From: Kiritimatiellia bacterium
GTDB taxonomy: Bacteria > Verrucomicrobiota > Kiritimatiellia > RFP12 > UBA1067
Length of the DNA stretch: 64,000 nucleotides
Reading direction: 5' to 3'
Assembly (NCBI GenBank): GCA_050949565.1
Contig: JBMNFY010000017.1
Coordinates: 896,001-960,000, forward strand
Under the pieces are notes generated by a model. It did not search any database. It was not told the origin of the DNA and worked only from the letters and a program-made list of their open reading frames with translations. A program made the translations under genes and the position numbers. This document shows, one piece after another, positions 55,701-64,000 of the stretch (positions are counted from its first letter, which is position 1; each line of letters opens with the position of its first letter).

Positions 55701-58700
55701 GCACCACGCCGTCTTCCACCTCTTCTGGCAGAGTAGCACGGTAGACAACATCGTGCCCAACGGCCGCTATGCGCTGCTGCGCTGGAGCGGCAACGGCCCC
55801 ACTACCACCGACGCCTTCGGTGTGGCCAATCCCCAGCCGGGCAAAGCCTACGTCTTTTCGATCGACAACAACACGCTCTGGCTGGAGGTCGGCGGTGCCT
55901 CCAGCGGCGCACATGTCTGGACCGCATCGGGCGGCGGTACGTGGAGCGACGCCAGCAAGTGGGCACTCGCGCCCGGTGCCGGCGCATCCGGTGCAGCGGT
56001 GCGCTTCGATGAGTCGCTCGCAGCCGATGCCTCGGTACTGCTGGACCAGAGCGCGACGGTGGGCCAGCTCTTCTTCAATAGCACCAACGCCTACACGCTC
56101 GCTGGCGACGGTATGAACGCGCTGACGCTGGAAAACGGCGGCGCAACGCCCGGCGCGATTCAAGTCGAACAGGGTCGCCACACGCTCTCCACGCCGATCG
56201 CACTGCTCAGCGAGATCGACATCAAGCCGATCAGCGGAACAGCGCTCAGCCTGAATGCACCGATAGGCGGAGTCGGTAGCCTCGTCAAACGCAACGCGGG
56301 TGACCTGATCCTCGGCGCGGCCAATAGCTTCACTGGCGGCGTCCGTCTGACGAGCGGCACGCTAACGCTGACTAATGGTGCGAATGTCGGCACCGGACCG
56401 CTGGGTCTCGAACATGACTACGCCCCATTGTATGTCACGGGCACCGGTATCAGCGAGTTGAACGGTCCGCTTGCGGTGCGCACCGCACAACCGATAGTGG
56501 AGGTCGCTCCGCAGGCCAGCGCGGTGCTGGCGGACGGCTTGACCTATGAGCATCCCGGCTTCGCGACTCTGATCAAGCGGGGCGCGGGCGAGCTGGTGCT
56601 GGGCGGCGTGACAGATGCGGCGACAGACAATGCTAACCTTAGCGTAGAAGAGGGCCAGGTGCGTTTCGCCGCAGGCTCTGTCAGCCGCATCGGCAACGTG
56701 AACCGCGAAACTGTCCGCATGAACGCGAACAACAATCGTGCGCGTACGCTGGTCGTCGATGCCGGTGCGCAGACCACGCTCTCCGGCCTCTACATGGCTT
56801 ACGGTCCCAACACGGTGGTGGTGGATGGCCAGCTCGCTTTCAGCGGAAACCATGACGCGGTCTGCCTGAGCATCCAAGGCAATACCGTAGAGGATCGCTT
56901 CACCGTGCGCACAGGCGGCGTACTCTCCTGTCTGCCCGGCACGTGGTTCAATATCGGCGTGCGCGGACCAGCGACATTGAGTATTGAAGGCGGCATGGCG
57001 CAGCTCGGTTGCGTCGGTTTTGGCTACCGGCAACTGGCCGAACCTTACGGCGGCCGTTACGGCCGCGTGTTTATCTCCAACGGCGGCACGCTGGATGTAA
57101 CCGGACTCTGGAACTGGATGGGCGATGTCAACAACATCAGCCGCGTCAACAACGTGATCGTCGGTGACGGCTCGCCGGCCGGCGCGACCTTGCGCCTGCC
57201 GCCCACGACCCAGACAGATGCGGCAGGCTGGTCCGCGCTGGCGCTGAACGGCGGCACGCTGGTGACCACCGGGCAAGGAGCGATAACGCCGATCGACGGC
57301 AACTACCTCTATGGCCTGAAGCAGCTCTATGTCGGTCCGGCAGGCGGCACCTTCGACACCGCCGGACAGGCGATCACACTCGCCCTGCCGGTCGGCAGCG
57401 ACACGGCGGGCGGCGCATTCACCAAGACCGGCGCCGGCGCGCTCACGCTGACGGAGCCGCTGCGCTGGGACGGTCTGGTCGACGTTCGGGGCGGGACGCT
57501 GAACGCGGTGCTCGACCGCGCGTCGGTGCGTCCAGACCGAGGTCCCCGGCCTGCTGGCGCGCTACAGCATGGAGAGCGGCAGCGTGTACGACAGCTCGGG
57601 CAACGGCCGCCACGCCGTGCAGCGCGGCGCGCTGGACTACGTGTCCGGTACCAACGGCCTGACGGGAGCGCATTTCGTGACCGGTAACTCATCGGTCTGC
57701 ACGCCGCTTGATGCCGAATACCGCGGGCTCTCCTCATTCACGGTCGCTATGTGGCTGTGGGTCAACAACGTCACGTCGGATTCGAGCACAAGCACAACAT
57801 TCTTCACCACGCGCGCGGCCAATTACACAAACGGTCCATACGAACTCATGCTGCGCATGCATAGGGACAAAGTGCGCATGATGTCCACGGGTACCAGCAG
57901 CGGCAGCCCCTCGGTCTGGTCATCGTTTTATACCTCAACGACGGTTCCGGGGCCCAACCAATGGTTCCATGTGGCGTATGTGGTCACACCGGACGGTGTA
58001 ACAGCCTACATCAATGGTCAGCCTGCCGGTGAATCAACGGCAGCCGCCATGAAAAATACACTGCTCACGCCGCCGAACCGGCCTCTCGGCGATTTCGGCT
58101 TCGGTTTTGGGCACCACCATATGGCCACGCCGGAGACCGGGCAGTTCAAAGGCCGCATCGACGACGTGCGCATTTACGGGCGTGCGCTGTCGCAGGCCGA
58201 GCTCCAGCAGGTGATCGACACCGCGAGCGAGTTGCCCGACCTGCGCGTGGCCGGCGGCGCGACATTCGCGGCGCAAGACGAGACGAGCACCGTGGGCACG
58301 CTCTCCGGCGAAGGATACGTGAGCGGCGCGCTGACAGTGCGCGACCGGGTGTCGCCCGGCGACGCCGACACTCCGGCTGGCGCGACCCTGATGGCCGAGA
58401 AGTTGACGTTCGCGCCGGACGCGGCCTACGCTTGGACATGGTCGCCCACCGCTTATGACATGCTGCTGGCTGGCGACCTTACGTTCGAAGGCACCGGCAC
58501 GGTGGACTTGGGCAGAGCCGAAGGCGACCTGATCAACGGTTCGTTCCGCGCGGTGCTGATGACCTACGACACGGTCAGTGGTGCGGATCATCTCTCCGAC
58601 TGGACGCTTGTGAACGCGGGCGGCAAGGGTTACAATGCCACGATCAAAGCCGAGAATGGCGAAGTGGTGCTGGAATATGAATCGACGCGCGGCACCCTGA

Positions 58701-58714
58701 TTAAGCTGAGGTAG
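49752..58714 (+). pseudogene. Giant (~2,980 aa) autotransporter-associated beta-strand repeat protein with a C-terminal LamG domain, interrupted by two frameshifts
   Basis: Signal peptide; many GLxKxGxGxLxL..NTYTG repeats; shifts near 52200 and 57532 join ORFs 49752-52376, 52198-57687 and 57569-58714; no beta-barrel; ends STRGTLIKLR. Confidence 0.85.
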
Positions 58715-58742
58715 CGTCCGGCAGGAGGAGAAGGCGAAACGT

Positions 58743-60071
58743 ATGGCGAATCGCTCTAGCTGGTGCAACGGGCTCGCGCTCATTGCGCTGTGCCTCTGTG
58801 TAGCGGCTCGCGCGGATGCGGGCGCGCTGGAAGCGTATGTGCGTCAAGCGGACTCCTCCTTCGCGTGGCGGTCGCGCGGCACGCAGATGTTTGATGTGCC
58901 CGGGATCGAGGTCACCACGCTGGAGTTGGTCTCGCAAACATGGCGCGGCGGCCGCTGGACGCACACGCTCTACATCGCGCGTCCCGGCACAGTGCGCCAC
59001 CCTGCGACCGTCTTCCTCGATATCACGCATGGCGCAAGCCACAAGCATCTGCCTGCGGTCAAGCGTCTGGCCGAAACCGGCGGTACGTTGGTCGCGGTGC
59101 TCACCGACGTACCGAACCAGCCGCTGTATGGCAACCGGTACGAGGACGACCTGATCGCCTACACCTTCGATCAGTATCTGCGCGGCGGTGACGACTCTTG
59201 GCCGTTGCTGCTGCCGACGACCAAAAGCGCCGTGCGCGCCATGGACGCCATTCAGGCCTGGGCGCGTGCCACGCACGGACAGCAGGTCGAGCGCTTCGTG
59301 GTGTCCGGTGCCTCCAAGCGCGGCTGGACCGCCTGGCTCACCGGCGCGGTGGACCCGCGTGTCTGTGCCATCGTGCCGACGGTGATCGACATGCTCAATC
59401 TGAAAGCGCAAACCCAGTGGTCACAGCGCGTGTACGGTCGCCAGAGCGAGAAGATTAGCGCCTACACCAATATCGGTCTGATAAAATGGTTGGACCGGCC
59501 GGAGGGCGCCCGCCTGCAGGAGATTGTGGACCCCTTCAGTTATCGCGCCGCACTCACCATGCCCAAACTGTTGCTGCTCGGAACAAACGATCCCTTCTGG
59601 ACTGTGGATTCCCTGCGCCATTACTGGGACGATCTGCCGGGGCCGAAAATAGTCTACCAAGCCCCGAACGCCGGTCACGGCGCGGGTAACACTGAAGGCG
59701 CCGCGCGTGTCCGCGCCGCCTTTCTGCAGATGATCGCGCAGGGCAAGACGCCGCCGCAGATGAGTTGGCGCCGGCAGAACGGCGCAACGGACACGCTGCA
59801 TGTCGAGGCCGACCGCCGAGCACGCGACGCGCGGCTCTGGCGAGCGCACGCGCCGACCCGTGATTTCCGCAAGGCCGTCTGGAAGAGTGCGCCGCTCGCG
59901 CTTGATGCGCAGGGGCTGCGCGCAACCCTTCCCCTGACTGCTGCGGCAAAAGGCTTCACCGCCTATATGGCCGAGTTCTCTTTTTCTGAAGGCGGATGTG
60001 ACTTCCAACTCTCCACGCAAGTCTACGTATCGCCCGATCTACCACCACCGCCCAAGGATCAAACACCATGA
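58743..60071 (+). CDS. PqaA (PhoPQ-activated pathogenicity-related) family alpha/beta-hydrolase
   Basis: SQTWRG..W.H, VPNQPL..EDDLIA, GASKRGWTAW, GTNDPFW and PNAGH. Confidence 0.9.
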   Translation: MANRSSWCNGLALIALCLCVAARADAGALEAYVRQADSSFAWRSRGTQMFDVPGIEVTTLELVSQTWRGGRWTHTLYIARPGTVRHPATVFLDITHGASHKHLPAVKRLAETGGTLVAVLTDVPNQPLYGNRYEDDLIAYTFDQYLRGGDDSWPLLLPTTKSAVRAMDAIQAWARATHGQQVERFVVSGASKRGWTAWLTGAVDPRVCAIVPTVIDMLNLKAQTQWSQRVYGRQSEKISAYTNIGLIKWLDRPEGARLQEIVDPFSYRAALTMPKLLLLGTNDPFWTVDSLRHYWDDLPGPKIVYQAPNAGHGAGNTEGAARVRAAFLQMIAQGKTPPQMSWRRQNGATDTLHVEADRRARDARLWRAHAPTRDFRKAVWKSAPLALDAQGLRATLPLTAAAKGFTAYMAEFSFSEGGCDFQLSTQVYVSPDLPPPPKDQTP

Positions 60072-61045
60072 AAAAAGTACTCACCGCCCTCTTCGGCCTG
60101 TGCGCTATGCTTGCCGCCGCGCAGACCGCGACGCTCACGACCGACGCAATCCGTGTGCGTGATCCCTTTATCTTCGCCGACGCATCCAGCAAGACCTACT
60201 ACCTCTATGCGCAGGCGGGGAACCGTGCCGGTAGTGGATATCGCGGTGTCGAGGTCTACACAAGCAAGGACCTCAAAACTTGGCAGACCCCCCGCCCCGT
60301 GCTCACCCTGCCCGAAGATAGCGGCGTAGCCATGGTCTGGGCACCGGAGATGCACGTCTACAAAGGCGCGTACTACCTCTTCGTGACGCTGACCTTCCGC
60401 GACATGTTGCCCATCGCCAAACCGGCAGACACCCCGAACTGGCCGCCCATGCACCGGCGCGGCACTTGGATTTACCGCGCCGATTCGCCGGCCGGTCCCT
60501 TCAAGCCGCTGAAGAACAGCTCGCACACACCCGCCGATTGGATGGCGTTGGACGGCACCCTGTACGTCGAGAATGGCAGGCCCTACATGATCTTCTGTCA
60601 CGAGTGGGTGCAGCTCATCGACGGCGCGATGGCGCTGGTTGAACTTACGCCCGATCTGAGCGACACGCAGGGCGAACCGGTCCGCCTCTTCAGCGCGTCA
60701 GTCGCGCCGGGCGCAAAGCGCGGCGAAAAAGAGAGCAAGGTCACTGACGGACCTTTCCTTTACAAGAGCCCCAAAAGCGGCGCGCTCTTCATGATCTGGT
60801 CGACCTTCATCCCAGGCAAAGGATATTGCGTGCTGCTGGCCCGCTCCACGTCCGGGCGCGTCGCCGGCCCTTGGACCGGCCACACGCCGATCTACACCAC
60901 GAACGGAGGGCACGGCATGATCTTCAAGACCTTTGATGGCCGGCTGCAACTGGCCCTGCACCAACCCAACACAAGCCCGCAAGAACGCATGCACCTTTTC
61001 AGCTTAGTCGACGACGGCACCGCGCTACGGCTAGAGGGCAAATAA
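60068..61045 (+). CDS. Glycoside hydrolase family 43
   Basis: RDPFI, WAPEMH, LDGTL, HEW, VTDGP and GGHG motifs; signal peptide. Confidence 0.92.
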   Translation: MKKVLTALFGLCAMLAAAQTATLTTDAIRVRDPFIFADASSKTYYLYAQAGNRAGSGYRGVEVYTSKDLKTWQTPRPVLTLPEDSGVAMVWAPEMHVYKGAYYLFVTLTFRDMLPIAKPADTPNWPPMHRRGTWIYRADSPAGPFKPLKNSSHTPADWMALDGTLYVENGRPYMIFCHEWVQLIDGAMALVELTPDLSDTQGEPVRLFSASVAPGAKRGEKESKVTDGPFLYKSPKSGALFMIWSTFIPGKGYCVLLARSTSGRVAGPWTGHTPIYTTNGGHGMIFKTFDGRLQLALHQPNTSPQERMHLFSLVDDGTALRLEGK

Positions 61046-61081
61046 CGCCGTACGAACCGACGGCAAGCACAACAAACAACC

Positions 61082-62170
61082 ATGGAAATCTCACTGCCAG
61101 AGACCTGTTCTGCCGAAACGGTGGCCGAGTTGTGGCGCTCAGCGCTACCGGTGGTCGCGCGGCTAGGTGAGGGCGATAAGCTGGCATTGGATGCCGAGGC
61201 GGTCGTGACCTGCGACGGCGCGGGCGAGGCGCTGATCGTCGAACTGTACCGTCGGTCGGCGCGCCAGGGCTTCGCCATCGCGTGTCGCGACGGGCGCGGG
61301 GTGGTGGCGCGCACGCTGGAGTTTTTCGCAGTCGAGCGTTTCGCCGAAGATTCGGCCGCGGCCAATCCGGTACGCAAAACGTCGACCGCCGTACAGCTCG
61401 GCGAGGCCGTGGTGCATATCTGGCAGGTCGTCTGCGAACAGATGGCCTTTCTGGGCGAGGCGGCGACTGCGTTCGCCACCCTGCTCTTCCGTCCGGGGCG
61501 GCTGCGGCTACGCGACACCCTGCTGCACTTCGAGCGGGCCGGGATCGACGCGCTGCCCATCACCTTGCTGATCGGCTTCCTGTTCGGTCTGATCGTGGCG
61601 TTCATGGCGGCCGCCTCGATGAGCCGGTTCGGCGTCGAGGTCTATGTGGCGGATCTGCTGACTATCGGCCTGTTCCGCGAACTGGGAGCACTGATCACCG
61701 CGATCATCCTGGCGGGACGTTCAGGCTCTGCCTTCGCAGCCGAGATCGGCACCATGAAAGTCAACGAGGAGGTGGACGCGCTGGAAACCCTCGGATTGCC
61801 GCCGATGACTTTCCTAGCCCTGCCGCGCGTGTTCGCCTCCACGCTGGCCCTGCCACTGCTCTCGATCTTCGCCATTGCCGCCGGACTGTTCGGCGGCGCA
61901 ATGGTGATGACCGCGACCGGCCTGCCGTCCACCGTCTACTGGCAACGCGTGTTCAAGGCCGCCACACTCAGCAACGTCCTGCTGGGGCTTTTCAAGGCGG
62001 CAGTCTTCGGCCTGCTGGTGGGGCTCGTGGGGTGTTCGCAAGGCCTGCATACCGGACGCACGGCCGACGCCGTGGGACGCGCCGCCACCGCTGCGGTCGT
62101 CGGCAGCCTGACCTTGATTACGGTATTTGACGGCATTTTTGCCGTCCTGTTTTACGTGCTGGGAGTCTAA
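61082..62170 (+). CDS. mlaE: MlaE family ABC permease with an N-terminal STAS-like domain
   Basis: RELGALITAIILAGRSGSAFAAEIGTMKVNEEVDAL. Confidence 0.9.
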   Translation: MEISLPETCSAETVAELWRSALPVVARLGEGDKLALDAEAVVTCDGAGEALIVELYRRSARQGFAIACRDGRGVVARTLEFFAVERFAEDSAAANPVRKTSTAVQLGEAVVHIWQVVCEQMAFLGEAATAFATLLFRPGRLRLRDTLLHFERAGIDALPITLLIGFLFGLIVAFMAAASMSRFGVEVYVADLLTIGLFRELGALITAIILAGRSGSAFAAEIGTMKVNEEVDALETLGLPPMTFLALPRVFASTLALPLLSIFAIAAGLFGGAMVMTATGLPSTVYWQRVFKAATLSNVLLGLFKAAVFGLLVGLVGCSQGLHTGRTADAVGRAATAAVVGSLTLITVFDGIFAVLFYVLGV

Positions 62171-62175
62171 CGCGC

Positions 62176-62919
62176 ATGAAGGATGCAGTCATCACAGTCA
62201 AGGATGTGGATGCCGGATACACAAGTCCGGTGGTCCGCGAGATTTCGTTCGACGTATACGCCGGCGAAATCTTCGTCATCCTGGGCGGTTCCGGCTGCGG
62301 CAAGAGCACGCTGCTCAAGCACATGATCGGCCTCAACCCGCCGCTGGCCGGCGAGATCCGGCTGATGGGCGACCGCCTCTTCGGCGTCTCGCAAGAGGAA
62401 CGGCTGCGCGCGTTGCGGCACTTCGGTGTGACCTATCAGAGCGGGGCGCTCTTCGGCTCGATGACGCTACTGGAGAATGTCTGCCTGCCGCTGGAGTCGT
62501 TCACCGACCTGCCGCGCGAGGCACGGTGTCTGGTAGCGGAGATGAAACTGGAACTGGTCGGGCTTAAAGAGTACGCCTGTTACTTCCCGTCGGACATCAG
62601 CGGCGGCATGAAGAAGCGCGCGGCGATCGCGCGCGCCATGGCGCTGGATCCCCGCATCCTCTTTCTTGATGAACCCTCGGCCGGACTCGATCCGGTAACC
62701 TCGGCCGGACTCGACCGCCTGATCCTGCACCTGCGCGATACGCAAGGTGTGACGGTCGTGATGGTGACGCACGAACTGGCCAGCATCTTTGCCGTCGCCG
62801 ACCGCTGCGTCATGCTGGACAAGCAGGAACAACGGCTGATCGCCACCGGCTCACCCGCCGAGCTGCGCGAGCATAGCGAGCACCCGGCCGTACGCGCTTT
62901 TTTCAACCGCGAAGGATAA
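62176..62919 (+). CDS. mlaF: MlaF family ABC ATPase
   Basis: GGSGCGKS, ISGGMKKR, DEPSAGLDP and VTHE motifs. Confidence 0.9.
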   Translation: MKDAVITVKDVDAGYTSPVVREISFDVYAGEIFVILGGSGCGKSTLLKHMIGLNPPLAGEIRLMGDRLFGVSQEERLRALRHFGVTYQSGALFGSMTLLENVCLPLESFTDLPREARCLVAEMKLELVGLKEYACYFPSDISGGMKKRAAIARAMALDPRILFLDEPSAGLDPVTSAGLDRLILHLRDTQGVTVVMVTHELASIFAVADRCVMLDKQEQRLIATGSPAELREHSEHPAVRAFFNREG

Positions 62920-62928
62920 GCAAACGTC

Positions 62929-64000
62929 ATGAATGAAAACAAGGCCAACTTTGCAAAAATCGGCTTCTTCGTCCTAGCCGGCGCAGCCCTGATCGTACTG
63001 GCGATCGGGATTGCCGGCGCACGCACCTTCAACAAAAAAGTGGTCGAAGCCGAAACCTACTTCGCCGAGTCTGTAACCGGTCTGGACTTGGGCTCGCCCG
63101 TCAAATATCGTGGCGTGCCGGTCGGCGAGGTCAAGCGCATCGGATTCGTCTACAGCGAATACGGCAAGCGTAAAAATGACCCGCTGACCCAAGCCGGGGC
63201 ACACCAAGTTCTCGTGGTGATGGCGCTGGATCCGGAGCGTTTCGGTCTGCTCGACGATCAGGCGGCAGACAAGGAGCTGCGTACGCTGGTGCAGCAGGGC
63301 CTACGCGTCAAGATCGCCTCTTCGGGCGTGACCGGGCTTTCGTTCCTCGAACTGGACTACTTCGCACAGCCCAGCGATGTCGCAAAGGATTATCCGTTGA
63401 CGTGGCAACCCGCGAATCCCTTTATTCCATCCACGCCAAGCACCATGAGCAACCTCAAAAGGGCGGTTGACGATGTCTTCGTCAAGCTGAGCGCCATCGA
63501 CCTGCGGGCGTTGGGCGACGAGATGCTCATCACGCTCTACCTGCTGCAAAACACCCTCAACAAAACGGATATCCCGGCGTTGAGCGCCGAGGCAACCAAA
63601 TTGCTGGGCGAACTACGCGAGACCAACCGCTCGGTCAAGAAGCTGCTCGACGCGCCCGAACTCGCGACACTCCCGGCCGATCTCGGCGCGACATTAGAGA
63701 GCGCGCACCGCATCACCACCGGGATCGAGACGAACATCTTACCGTTGGCCACTAACCTGCGCCAGATCGTCGGTCGCGCCGACGGTCTACTTGGAAACGC
63801 CAACGACCTGATCGACAACGCGGACAGTCTGATCGACAATGCAGATCGCTTCATCGGCAACGCCGACCGTCTGCTCACCACCAACAGCGCGGTAGTCGGT
63901 GAGATGGTCGGCGCCCTCAACCAGACCGCCCAGACACTGAACCGCACCACGCTCGCGCAACAGGGCGCGTTGGGCGAACTGATTCAGAGCCTGCGCACGG
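62929..64000 (+). CDS. mlaD: MlaD/MCE family protein, running off the window end
   Basis: MNENKANFAKIGFFVL TM segment, then SVTGLDLGSPVKYRGVPVGEV MCE motif and a long helical tail; absent from the ORF track because there is no stop in the window. Confidence 0.88.
   Translation, partial: MNENKANFAKIGFFVLAGAALIVLAIGIAGARTFNKKVVEAETYFAESVTGLDLGSPVKYRGVPVGEVKRIGFVYSEYGKRKNDPLTQAGAHQVLVVMALDPERFGLLDDQAADKELRTLVQQGLRVKIASSGVTGLSFLELDYFAQPSDVAKDYPLTWQPANPFIPSTPSTMSNLKRAVDDVFVKLSAIDLRALGDEMLITLYLLQNTLNKTDIPALSAEATKLLGELRETNRSVKKLLDAPELATLPADLGATLESAHRITTGIETNILPLATNLRQIVGRADGLLGNANDLIDNADSLIDNADRFIGNADRLLTTNSAVVGEMVGALNQTAQTLNRTTLAQQGALGELIQSLRT

Overview
A GC-rich bacterial chromosomal segment from a diderm, LPS-producing sugar degrader. 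Gene content and repeat families suggest the PVC superphylum, probably Kiritimatiellia or Lentisphaeria (inference). Intact housekeeping and envelope genes are lpxA, an LptF/G permease, OmpA, pgk, clpB, tag, hppA, an L,D-transpeptidase and mlaEFD. They are mixed with many secreted carbohydrate-active enzymes (RCC1-GH28, GH5, GH43, GH32/130-like, SGNH, esterase, DUF1080 plus Gfo/Idh/MocA), a PIN/RHH toxin-antitoxin pair, one complete IS and many palindromic or MITE-type intergenic repeats. The main points of interest are: (1) two secreted LamG/passenger-type proteins with no beta-barrel that both end in GTLI-x-[VL]-R-stop, a candidate lineage-specific sorting signal; (2) an IS with 20-bp TIRs inserted in the spacer of the promoter of a ~9 kb adhesin-like gene, whose left end is also scattered as REP-carrying MITEs; (3) a candidate sigma54-driven ~190-nt structured RNA upstream of a tandem ompA pair that shows gene conversion and a variable loop; (4) reading-frame disruptions confined to the three passenger/LamG genes. 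No rRNA, tRNA or CRISPR array was seen. All calls come from reading motifs by eye, with no database searches.
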